From Candidatus Sumerlaeia bacterium (lineage in GTDB: Bacteria > Sumerlaeota > Sumerlaeia > SLMS01), in NCBI GenBank assembly GCA_038208905.1, contig JBBQYG010000096.1, positions 1 through 14,701 of the forward strand: a DNA stretch of 14,701 bases, read 5' to 3'. Positions 1 to 9,100 of the stretch are shown here, in pieces. Each line of letters begins with the position of its first letter. Position 1 is the first letter of the stretch. The notes under the pieces are model-generated. The model made no database searches and was not told the origin of the DNA. It saw only the letters and a program-made list of their open reading frames with translations. A program made the position numbers and the translations under genes.

Positions 1-5
1 GGAGC

Positions 6-923
6 GTGGCAATGGCGAATCATGAGGCTGGTCCTGTCCAACTCCCCGAGGTGCCTTCGGGTCCGGCCCGCCCACTGTGGTACCGAGCGTGGAGGGTTGT
101 TCGCCGAATGACTCTCTCGCTCCTGTTCATCGGCGGCTGTCTCGCCATCTTCCTGCTTCTCTACCAAGGGCGGATGATCTACTTCCCTCGTCCCTACGAG
201 TCGCACGACCGCGTTGCCACCGACGAGCGGCTCTCGGAGATCGACTTCAAGACGGCCCAGGGAACCCAGCGCGCCTTCTACATGGCGTCGCGCGATGGCT
301 CCACCCCACCCACCGCGCTCTGGGTCGTCTTCTCCGGCAATGCCACTTGTGCTCTGGACTGGCGATTCTTCGCGGAGGACTATCCCGACGACGGCGCGGG
401 GTTCCTCCTCTTAGACTATCCGGGATATGGCGACAGCAAGGGAACCCCGTCTCCGCGCAGCATCCTCGACGCCAGCAATGGCGCGCTCTCTGCGCTGGCC
501 GCGCACCTCTCCACAGATGTTCCCACGCTGGAGTCGCGACTCCACACGCTCGGGCATTCCCTCGGCGCCGCCGCTTCGCTTCAGTTTGCCGTCCAGCACC
601 CGGTTCGCCGGGTTGTGATCGTCTCCCCCTTCACCTCGCTCAGGGACATGGCCGGCAGAGTCGTCGGCTGGCCTCTAAAACACGTGTTGATCCACAACTT
701 CGACAATCGCAAGCGTCTGGACGAACTCGCCGCGCGACCCGAACCGCCATCCGTCGTCGTCATTCACGGCGCCATCGACGAGATCATCCCCGTGCAGATG
801 GGACGCGAACTCGGCAGCCGACATCCATCAATTACAAAGTACGTCGAGATACCCGGCGGTGATCACAACGGGATCCTCGGAATCCACGAGAAATCTATAT
901 GGAGGGAAATGATGGGTGAGTGA
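6..923 (+). CDS. Membrane-anchored alpha/beta hydrolase (Bem46/ABHD13-like)
   Basis: N-terminal TM segment (LSLLFIGGCLAIFLLLY) followed by MIYFP; SGNA oxyanion region, DYPGYGDS, nucleophile elbow GHSLG, acid in HGAIDEIIP, His in GGDHN. Start may be GTG 6 or ATG 12; the upstream context is cut by the window edge. Confidence 0.85.
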   Translation: MAMANHEAGPVQLPEVPSGPARPLWYRAWRVVRRMTLSLLFIGGCLAIFLLLYQGRMIYFPRPYESHDRVATDERLSEIDFKTAQGTQRAFYMASRDGSTPPTALWVVFSGNATCALDWRFFAEDYPDDGAGFLLLDYPGYGDSKGTPSPRSILDASNGALSALAAHLSTDVPTLESRLHTLGHSLGAAASLQFAVQHPVRRVVIVSPFTSLRDMAGRVVGWPLKHVLIHNFDNRKRLDELAARPEPPSVVVIHGAIDEIIPVQMGRELGSRHPSITKYVEIPGGDHNGILGIHEKSIWREMMGE

Positions 924-929
924 TCCGGC

Positions 930-2447
930 TCACGTGCGCCAGATGATCTTGAGGCGCGTGCATCCCGCCACCACGACGGACAGGAGCACTGTTTTGACAA
1001 ACGACCAGATCGCCTTTGTCCACGGCGTTGCAAACACCTTGCCAAACATCCACGCATCCAGTCCCGTGAGGCTTACCACCGGCGCGAGAAGGTTACGGAT
1101 TCCCACGTAGGCGATCATTGGATTCTGCCCGTTTGCGATCAGTATCGCGAACCAGCGCCGATGCTTGAGCAGGTCGATCCAGATCGTCAGCGAAATCAGC
1201 AGATAGATCGACAGCCCCGTGGTGACGAAGTAATAGCTCAGCGTCGATTGGTCCTTCTTGATGCCGCCCTCCGACAGCGTGAAGGAAAGCCCCCGCGTCA
1301 GCCAATCAAGCGCACCGGCGTCCAGCAGCAACCCCAGCGCAAGCCAACCGCTACCCCACAGGAACAGTGTCCTCAGCAGGCCCTCCGCCTGGCCCCCACG
1401 CTGGAGAAAGATAGGCGCCAGCATCGCCGCGATACAGATCGTGCCGAGCGCGGTCATCCCGGGCAGGCGCGCCTGAAGGCCAACATGCACGCCGACCACC
1501 ATCGCAAGGAGCAATGCCGCGAGCCACGCCAACGTGCCTCGACTTAGGCCGTCGCCCTTTGCCCCTGTCGCGGGCGAGCGCATCCACGTCAGCAGCGCAT
1601 CCCCGATCATGGTCCCGGGAATCACGATGAGCAGGTACTTCAGGAACTCGAAATTGTAGAGCCACGGCGCAGGTGACTTGGTAATCGGCTTTAGCCAGGA
1701 GAACTCGGGATAGCGCGCAAAATGGCTCGCGAACCCGATCAACAGGCACATCATGCGGAACGTCACGCTGCCGCGGGTCAGCAGCCAAGCCAGCGAACCA
1801 AAGACCGCCATGTTGGCCAGCACGAGGATGATGATGTCGCTCTTGCCCAGCAGCTTGAGCGCGATCTGCCCCGAGGTAATTCCGGGAGCCTTCAACTTCC
1901 ATTCGGCAAGCCACGGTTGCCAGATCACGACCAGCAATCCCAGCGCGCCGGCGATGCCCGCCGCGCGAATTCCCCATTTCATCTTTGGATTCCAGGCCTC
2001 CGGAAGCCGCGTATAGATCGGAAACAGCAACGCGAAGCCCAGAAGCGCCTGCAACCATGTCGATGTCGTGGGCGAAGCGCTGATCTGGTAGGGCGCGATG
2101 TGCTGTACATAAATGGCGAACGCCACCAGCGCCAGCCCACGGAGCAGGATTCCGGGAACCAGGCTTAGCGATGTCGCGCCCTTTCGGAGCCTTGCCGACA
2201 TGGCAAACGGAAACGCCACACCCATCGAGAACAGGAAAGCGGGAAACACCAGATCCACCCACGTGAATCCTGCCCAGTTCCTGTCATAGACCGCCTCTGG
2301 CCGCGGAAACTGGGCATGGTACATCCAGTTTGGCAGTCCCTTCCACGGCACAACGCCAGAGAGGCACATGCCAAAGATCGCCAGCCCGCGCAGCGCATCA
2401 AGCGCCAGCGCGCGCGGTTTGGCCTCCTGTGGTCCCGGTGCCGCCAA
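930..2447 (-). CDS. DUF5009 / HGSNAT-like polytopic membrane protein (putative transmembrane acyltransferase or amino-sugar-related membrane protein), ~505 aa
   Basis: RALALDALRG, WMYHAQ...GFTWVDLVFPAFLFSMG (HGSNAT-type His + DLVFP motif), GIKKDQSTLSY and GQNPMIAYV, plus many hydrophobic segments. Start placed at TTG 2447 because GGAG (2459-2456) lies 8 nt upstream; the ORF-track start at 2501 has no evident RBS. Confidence 0.82.
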   Translation of the reverse strand: MAAPGPQEAKPRALALDALRGLAIFGMCLSGVVPWKGLPNWMYHAQFPRPEAVYDRNWAGFTWVDLVFPAFLFSMGVAFPFAMSARLRKGATSLSLVPGILLRGLALVAFAIYVQHIAPYQISASPTTSTWLQALLGFALLFPIYTRLPEAWNPKMKWGIRAAGIAGALGLLVVIWQPWLAEWKLKAPGITSGQIALKLLGKSDIIILVLANMAVFGSLAWLLTRGSVTFRMMCLLIGFASHFARYPEFSWLKPITKSPAPWLYNFEFLKYLLIVIPGTMIGDALLTWMRSPATGAKGDGLSRGTLAWLAALLLAMVVGVHVGLQARLPGMTALGTICIAAMLAPIFLQRGGQAEGLLRTLFLWGSGWLALGLLLDAGALDWLTRGLSFTLSEGGIKKDQSTLSYYFVTTGLSIYLLISLTIWIDLLKHRRWFAILIANGQNPMIAYVGIRNLLAPVVSLTGLDAWMFGKVFATPWTKAIWSFVKTVLLSVVVAGCTRLKIIWRT

Positions 2448-2462
2448 GTCGCTTGCTCCGCG

Positions 2463-2479
2463 TTTGCGAAATCCGCAAA
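2463..2479. promoter_or_regulatory. Inverted repeat TTTGCG-N5-CGCAAA in the divergent intergenic region (candidate operator or 5' UTR hairpin)
   Basis: Perfect 6-bp arms at 2463-2468 and 2474-2479, a few nt upstream of the DUF5009 RBS. Confidence 0.35.
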
Positions 2480-2569
2480 ACCAGACGGCCCAAGATGGCA
2501 AGCCGCCGAGCGGGCCGCAAGGCGTTATGCGCCGACCTCGTCAGGACGGAATACAAGGAGAGGCAACAG

Positions 2570-4225
2570 ATGGCCCAGCAGACAAAGCACGTGGACGTTC
2601 TCGTTATTGGCGGGGGAACGGGCGGCACATCCGCCGCCTGGCAGGCCGCGACGCTCGGCGCCAAGGTCCTCGTCATCGAGCCAACTCCCTGGCTCGGCGG
2701 CATGATCACGTCCGCCGGAGTCAGCGCCTTCGATGGCAACAAGGCCGCCATGGCCAGCGGATTCTTCCGGCGCCTTCGCGACGCCATCGAGGCCAACTAC
2801 GGCGGGCCCCAGAACACCTTCACCGGCTGGATCAGCGAGACCTGCTTCGAGCCTCATCTGGGCGCGCGCTTGCTGGGTGAGTACGTCGCCCAGTCCGGCG
2901 CCGAGGTCTGGCACGGCGCGGAATTCGTAAGCGCCCTCGTCGATGGCAAGCGAGTCCTCGGAGCCGTCGTCCGCCACAAGGGCGAGCTGCTGGAGATTCA
3001 CGCCCGCATCACCGTCGAGGCCACCGAATACGGCGACGTGCTCGAATCCGCGGGCGTTCCCTATCGCCTTGGCCGTGACGCAAAGTCCGACACCGGCGAG
3101 GCCGACGCCCCCGAGGTTCACGATCTGGAAGTGCAGGACCTCACGTGGTGCGCCACGCTGAAGAAGACGCTCCCGCGCGCGACGTCACTCCCGCGCCCCG
3201 CCAACTACGATCCCGCCGAGTTCGACTGCTCGACCGCCGAACTCGCCACCGTCCGCGATGAGAATATCCTCAACCACAAGCTGCACTCGTGGGATAGCTT
3301 TCTCTCCTATTCGATCCTTCCCAACGACAAGCACCTCCTGAACTGGCCGTTCCATTCCAACGATAGCCCGGATACCATCGGTGTCTTCGGATCGTCCACC
3401 GACCGCGCGCGGGCGTTCGAGCTGGCGAAGCAGCGCACGCTCCGCTATGTGTACTACATGCAGAACGACCTTGGCCATCCCGAGTGGGGCCTCGCAACCG
3501 ACGAGTACGGCACGCCCGATCACCTACCCACGATGCCGTATATGCGCGAGAGCCGCCGCGGGCGCGGCGTCCATCTCATGCTCGAGTCCGACGTGGTCCC
3601 CGGGCCGGGAGCGACGCGGGCGCCGTTCCGCGCCGACTCGGTCGCCATTGGCGACTACTATCTTGATCACCATCACAGCAAGGCACACTTTCCGCCGGGC
3701 GAGCGGCTGGAGGAGAACTATCCCGACAATGCCCCGTTCCAGATTCCCTTCGGTTCGCTGATTCCCGAGGAATGGGACGGCCTCCTCTTCGCGGAGAAGT
3801 GCATTTCCGTTTCCCACATCGTGAACGGCTGCTCGCGCTTGCAGCCGGTTGTCATGCTCACCGGCCAGGCCGTCGGCGCCATTGCGGCCCTTGCGGTCAA
3901 GCACCGCATCGAGCCGCGTCAGGTGGCCATCGCCGAGGTCCAGTCCCACCTCATCGGCGCGGGCGTCGCGCTCTACCCCACGCTCGACGTCCACAACTCC
4001 CACCCGGCTTTCGGCGCGATTCAGCGGCTCTCCATGCGGGGCGTTTTCTTCGAGGACGACTCGATGCACTTCCAGCCCGACTCCGTCATCCAGAAGACGG
4101 CGGGAGATCGGTGGATCACGCGCTGGTCAGAGGCCACCGGCGAGAAGCCCGATGCCGGTCGCTCGGTGTGGCGAGATGGAATGACGAAGGCGGACTTGTT
4201 CGTGGCGTTGGATGCGATCGGCTAG
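2570..4225 (+). CDS. FAD-dependent oxidoreductase (FAD_oxidored family) with degenerate C-terminal SLH-like motif, 551 aa
   Basis: RBS AAGGAG at 2555-2560 before ATG 2570; Rossmann DVLVIGGGTGGTSAA, WLGGMITSAGVS, EATEYGD, PYMRESRR, DYYLDHH, PFQIPFGSLIP, ISVSHIVNGCSRLQPVVMLTGQAVG. The ORF-track extension from 2330 overlaps the opposite-strand gene and is not used. Confidence 0.9.
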   Translation: MAQQTKHVDVLVIGGGTGGTSAAWQAATLGAKVLVIEPTPWLGGMITSAGVSAFDGNKAAMASGFFRRLRDAIEANYGGPQNTFTGWISETCFEPHLGARLLGEYVAQSGAEVWHGAEFVSALVDGKRVLGAVVRHKGELLEIHARITVEATEYGDVLESAGVPYRLGRDAKSDTGEADAPEVHDLEVQDLTWCATLKKTLPRATSLPRPANYDPAEFDCSTAELATVRDENILNHKLHSWDSFLSYSILPNDKHLLNWPFHSNDSPDTIGVFGSSTDRARAFELAKQRTLRYVYYMQNDLGHPEWGLATDEYGTPDHLPTMPYMRESRRGRGVHLMLESDVVPGPGATRAPFRADSVAIGDYYLDHHHSKAHFPPGERLEENYPDNAPFQIPFGSLIPEEWDGLLFAEKCISVSHIVNGCSRLQPVVMLTGQAVGAIAALAVKHRIEPRQVAIAEVQSHLIGAGVALYPTLDVHNSHPAFGAIQRLSMRGVFFEDDSMHFQPDSVIQKTAGDRWITRWSEATGEKPDAGRSVWRDGMTKADLFVALDAIG

Positions 4226-5355
4226 TCGCAGTCCGCGCAACTCCCATGCAGGTAAGCCGGATCCTCGCCCTCGGCATCCGTCGCCGCGATGCCGTGGGCG
4301 ATATGCTCGTGGATGCGGCCGCGTCCGTCGGCGATGATGCGTTCGTAGTCGGCCACCGACATCGCGCCCATCAGCTCTGTCTTCAGCTCGCGGGCGAAGG
4401 GGAAGCCCTTCATGTACTGGACCACGTGCTTGCGGAATTCGCGGAGGCCGATGTTCTCCCCCTTGCGCATCGCCATCAGCGTCGCATGGCGCAGGACGGT
4501 ATCCAGCCGCTCGTCCACGGTGGGTTCCGGCGGGTCGGGCTCTCCCTTGAAGCGGGCCAAGATCTGGCCAAAGATCCACGGGTTCCCCATGCAGCCGCGC
4601 CCGATCATCACCGCGTCTGCGCCGAAGTCGCGCACCATGCGGACGGCGTCGTTGGCGCTGCGCACATCGCCATTCCCGATTACGGGGAGCTTCACGGTCT
4701 CCTTGAGCGACCTGATGATCGACCAGTCGGCATGACCCTTGTAGCCCTGCTGCCGCGTGCGCGCGTGAACGGCCACGGCATCAAGACCCTCTTCTTCGGC
4801 GATGCGCGCAACGGTGAAGGCCTCCTCGCCAAAGCGCTCCCACCCGGCGCGGAACTTCACCGTGAACGGCACCGTCAGCACCGCGCGGATCTTGCGGAAA
4901 ATCTCTCGCACCAGATCGGGCTGGGTCATCAGCGCGCTTCCCGCGTTAGTGTTCACCACCTTGTTCACCGGGCAACCCATGTTCAGGTCCACGATGGCCG
5001 CGCCGCCGTCCTGCAACTGGCGCGCCGTTTCCGCCAGCGAATCGGGATGCGACCCGAACACCTGGGCACAGACCAGTCCCGGCTCCACGAACATATCGAG
5101 AAGGTTCCATGACTTGTCCCGCCCGCCGCGCGTCATGGCCTCGGCGCTCACCATCTGCGTATAGACAAGCGGGCATCCCTGCTCGCGCGCCAACAGCCGC
5201 CACGCGCGGTCGCTGATCCCGCACATCGGCGCGGGCAGCACCGGAGGCCAGATCGAGTGAGGCCCGATCACCAGCGGCGGCACAGGCACGGCAAGCTCCT
5301 CCCGGCGGGGGAGGGGCGCGTCGGCTGGGGTCAGTTCCAATTCCTCGATCGACAT
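4222..5355 (-). CDS. dusB: tRNA-dihydrouridine synthase, DusB-like, 377 aa
   Basis: APMCGISD, YTQMVSA, DLNMGCP (catalytic Cys), GSALM, VHARTR, IGNGDV, MIGRGCMGNPWIF. ATG at 5355 with AGGAGG at 5375-5370. The stop overlaps the convergent oxidoreductase stop (CTAG). Confidence 0.92.
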   Translation of the reverse strand: MSIEELELTPADAPLPRREELAVPVPPLVIGPHSIWPPVLPAPMCGISDRAWRLLAREQGCPLVYTQMVSAEAMTRGGRDKSWNLLDMFVEPGLVCAQVFGSHPDSLAETARQLQDGGAAIVDLNMGCPVNKVVNTNAGSALMTQPDLVREIFRKIRAVLTVPFTVKFRAGWERFGEEAFTVARIAEEEGLDAVAVHARTRQQGYKGHADWSIIRSLKETVKLPVIGNGDVRSANDAVRMVRDFGADAVMIGRGCMGNPWIFGQILARFKGEPDPPEPTVDERLDTVLRHATLMAMRKGENIGLREFRKHVVQYMKGFPFARELKTELMGAMSVADYERIIADGRGRIHEHIAHGIAATDAEGEDPAYLHGSCADCD

Positions 5356-5549
5356 GGCGGCGCCGCCGGCCTCCTGCGTCCGGTTCGCAAAAGGCTGGGG
5401 CGTTCGTGCCCACTCTGGCAAGCGCCATCGCCCTTGCCGCGCTTCGTCTTTTGTTTGCCTCGAAGAATAGCTTCGACGGAAAGCTTGCGTCGCGCCACCC
5501 GATTCCCCTAGGTACTAACTCGCAGACACGCAACGTTACGGCCCAGACC

Positions 5550-6029
5550 ATGCAGTGGCACGAACTCTCCGGCGATGACCTTTTGCTCCTCGGCGCGATC
5601 CTTAAGCTGGAGATCGCCGGGATGCCGTGGCTTCAGGCCATCGTCGCCGAGGCCCAGCCAGGGGGCCTTCCCGATGCCCTGCTGGCCCTGCGGGTCATTG
5701 ACGAAGCGCAGCTTCGCGTCATCCACGACGAGGACTTCTCCGCCATCCGATCCAAGGTCCGGTTCGATGACTCCCGGGCTTCGGGAGTCGTCAAAATGAT
5801 TCCCCCGACTCCCCGTCTCGGCAGCCCCGATCTCTCTCAGGATACCATGCTCGATGCCGAGGACCCGGCCAAGCGCAAGACCGCGGAGATCGACTTTCGC
5901 GCAATTCGGCCTGTGCTTGACCCGTCGGTGGAGGAGAGTCAAAACCGCCTTCGGATGGCCTCTACCCAGGTTGACCTCTCGGTTCCACGCAAGGCGCCGT
6001 CGGAACATCCGGGACACGATTCAACCTGA
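5550..6029 (+). CDS. Hypothetical protein, 159 aa; helical N-terminal domain plus a probably disordered tail
   Basis: Fills the gap between dusB and the promoter of the large gene, with GC-rich third codon positions and ATG at 5550. No clear SD. Confidence 0.6.
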   Translation: MQWHELSGDDLLLLGAILKLEIAGMPWLQAIVAEAQPGGLPDALLALRVIDEAQLRVIHDEDFSAIRSKVRFDDSRASGVVKMIPPTPRLGSPDLSQDTMLDAEDPAKRKTAEIDFRAIRPVLDPSVEESQNRLRMASTQVDLSVPRKAPSEHPGHDST

Positions 6030-6058
6030 ATCTCCGCCCGCCGGGGGCCAACGCGGGA

Positions 6059-6087
6059 TTGACAAGCACCGAAATCCGCCCTACCTT
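6059..6087 (+). promoter_or_regulatory. Sigma70-type promoter of the large secreted protein gene
   Basis: Perfect -35 TTGACA (6059-6064), 17-bp spacer, -10 TACCTT (6082-6087, TAnnnT), followed by an AT-rich stretch. Confidence 0.7.
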
Positions 6088-6184
6088 TTTCTTACGATAG
6101 CATAACCCTGAACGTCCCGGCGCTGCGCCCCACGCAGCGGTTTCCCGTGGCCGTCACGGTGTGGAACCGAAAGGAAGACGCGCG

Positions 6185-9100
6185 ATGACCCCCAAGAATG
6201 CGCATTCGGCCGTTGGACTTTTAACGAAACTGGCGGCCACCACGCTGATCGCGGGCATGTCCGCGATCTGGAATGGGGCCCCCGCGCAGACCGCGCCGGA
6301 TCCCGTTGGCTCCGTGCTGCTCGTCACCACGGCCAACTCGCTGACGGTTTTCCGAATCGATTCCGCCACCGGCGTTCAGATTAGCCAAGTAACGCCCGAT
6401 ATCGGCTTTCGTCCTCCGATCACGTTCTTCCGTGCCCTCGCCGTCCATCCCGTCAACGGCGAAGTCTTTGCCATCGGCTCCGATGGGACGATCAACGGCC
6501 AGTTCCTCTACCGCCTCTCCCCCGACCTCCTCTCCGGCGCCCCCGTCCGCAAGCTCGACGCCGTTTACAGCGACTTGGCTGTGCGCCCCGATGGCGAGAT
6601 CTACTTCCTCTCCGAGGACCTGCGAAACATCATCACTATCTTCCTTCGTTTCAACCCGTCGGGACCCTCGGACGACCTCATCATGACGCTTCCCTCCAAC
6701 GGCACGGGAGAGGGGCTGGCGTTCGACCAGGCGACCAACACTCTATTCCGCATCAGCGGCCCAGTCGTGGTCACCAAGGGGACCAAGGGAACACTGCCAA
6801 ATAGCCCGTTCGTGTTCCAGACGCTGGACCCCGACTCCGGCGCCGTTGGGCCGGAGCTGTCCCCTACCGGCACCGGCTGGAACACCCCCACGGCCATGAC
6901 GTGGGACCCATGGCACGCTGCCTTTCTGGTCGCGGATACCGACCAGACGATTCGCCGCGTCACCGCCGATGGCGACACGGCTTTCGTTGTTACACTTCCA
7001 GCGCTCGCCACAGGATTGGAGTTCGAACTCCCCTCCAGCGCTTGCCCCAGCCTCGTCCCAGATACTCAGGTTGGGGACGGCATCGACGACTCGAACGGCG
7101 GCAACGGCGACCGCAACGCCGATCCGGGCGAGAAGGTGAGTCTTGTCATCGACCTCTTCAACCCATCGGACCGCCTGCTCACCAATGTAATTGCCAGCCT
7201 GACCCCCAACAACTCCGGAGTCGCGGTGCCGGTTGATTCAGTTGCCTACGGCGACATCCCCATCGGCGGAACGCTGGGCCAGGGAACGCCATTCGAGCTG
7301 GAACTCGATTCGGCGCTCCCATGCAGCTTTATCACTTTCGACCTAAAGGTCGCCAGCGACCAAGGGACATGCACCATTTCCGTCGTTCTGCCCCTTGGCA
7401 CACTTAGCGATGGGCTCATCTCCAAGACTTACTTCGAGACCTCATTCGACGGAGCTCGCGAGGTTGGCGGCACCGGAATCTGGCACCAGCAGACCGATAG
7501 CTTATGCACCAAGCCAATCGGCGAGGATCCCTGGACCACCGCTCCCAACGCTCTCGTTTTCAATACCGAGCTGAACTGCAACTACAAGGTTGACGGCCAG
7601 CTCCCTTCGGGCGCTGCTGCCTTTACCAATTCGTTTTTTGCTCCCGACACCGACGAGCGGCTGTTCCTGCGCTGGGGGGAACTCGCCTTCGCCGGCGGAG
7701 ACTTCCGTCGAATTCTCATCAGCACCAACGGCGGCGATAACTTTGTCCCCGTCTACGAGTCACGCAAGGACGTCACTACCTGGACGTTTAGGTCCGTGGA
7801 TATCACCGAGTTCGGTGGGCAGAATATCACCATCGGATTCGAGTTTCAGTCCACCGTCTTCGAAGGCCGCACGGAAATCGGCTGGTACATCGACGATGTG
7901 CAGGTCGTCGGCATCACTGATTCCCGCATTTGCTCCACGAGCCCGCCCACGCCGACAGCCTCGCCCGCCGCGACCATTCCGCCGACCATTAGCGCAACCA
8001 CGTTTGTGCCCACTGCCTCCGCCTCGCCCTCGGCGACGCTGCCGGTTACGGCAAGCCCCTCCGTGTCGCCTCCAGCGACACTGCCACCAACAGCGAGTCC
8101 TTCTGTCTCGCCCTCCGCAACGCTGCCGCCCACCGCAAGCCCAACAGCCTCTCCATCGGCCACCGCAAGCCCCTCTCCGTCGGACTCGCCAAGCCCATCG
8201 CCCAGCGTGAGCCCTTCGGCTTCGGCGACTGCCAGCCCTTCTGCGAGCGCGAGCCCTTCGCCTTCTGCCTCCGCGACTCCGACAACGGCGCCGATTACGA
8301 TGACGCCTTCGCCGACGATTTCCGCTACTCCGAGCTCGTCTCCCAGCGCGTCTCCAAGCGCATCTCCAAGCGCGAGCCCTTCGCCTTCTGCCTCCGCAAC
8401 TCCGACAACGGCGCCGATCACGCTGACGCCTTCACCGACCATTTCCGCGACTCCGAGCTCGTCTCCCAGCGCATCTCCAAGCGCATCTCCAAGCGCGAGC
8501 CCTTCGCCTTCTGCCTCCGCAACTCAGACAACGGCGCCGATTACCCCGACGCCTTCGCCGACGATCTCCGCAACGCCTAGCCCGTCCCCCAGCGCATCGC
8601 CAAGCCCCTCCATCTCCGCAACGCCCAGCCCCACGCCGCGGATCGTCGAGTTCGACCAACTCGCCATCTCGACCGACTTCTTCGAGGCCTACTCGATCCG
8701 GGACTGCGCAACGGGCAATTGCGACGGTTACCTCAATCCGGGCGAAACCGCCGACCTCTTCATGGATATTCGCTACGTCGGCAGCGGCTCCCTAACGGGG
8801 GTTGTCGGCACCCTTTCCACCACCGATCCCGACGTCACGATCCCCGTGGACTCGGCCGACTTCGACGATTTTTTCCCCGGCGCCTCCACCGCCCAGTTCG
8901 ATCCCTTCACAGTCGCGGTATCTTCTGCCCGTGGCTGCGATCCCATTCCCATGACTCTTGTGCTCTCCACCAACGAGGGACTTTTCGGCATCAATTTCGA
9001 CCTCCCCGTGGGAGTGAACAACTTCTACTACGTCTCGGGAAGCTACGAGACCTTCGACGTTCCAACTTCTTGGGAGCTCGACAGCTTCTGGCACATTCAG

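Noticed and set aside
2467..2476. 10-mer CGAAATCCGC shared with the promoter spacer at 6070-6079
   Set aside because: A single 10-bp match with unrelated flanks is plausible by chance; there is no third copy to support a shared operator.
2330..2569. 80-aa N-terminal extension of the oxidoreductase as a possible Tat signal (SRRAGRK)
   Set aside because: No hydrophobic h-region follows, it overlaps the opposite gene, and a strong RBS precedes ATG 2570.
3772..5112. 446-aa plus-strand ORF
   Set aside because: Overlaps the oxidoreductase out of frame and lies antisense to dusB; Arg/His/Gly-rich with no motifs, a typical GC-rich shadow ORF.
7634..7679. T6 and G6 homopolymers in the giant gene as phase-variation tracts
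   Set aside because: Too short, and the reading frame is intact.
7846..8442. Gly/Val/Glu/Ala-repeat minus-strand ORFs (also 9454-9864 and 10708-11145)
   Set aside because: Antisense read-outs of the Pro/Ser/Thr linkers.
8246..8605. Possible CRISPR array or MITE
   Set aside because: The repeats are contiguous, in frame, have no unique spacers and lie inside a CDS; no cas genes nearby.
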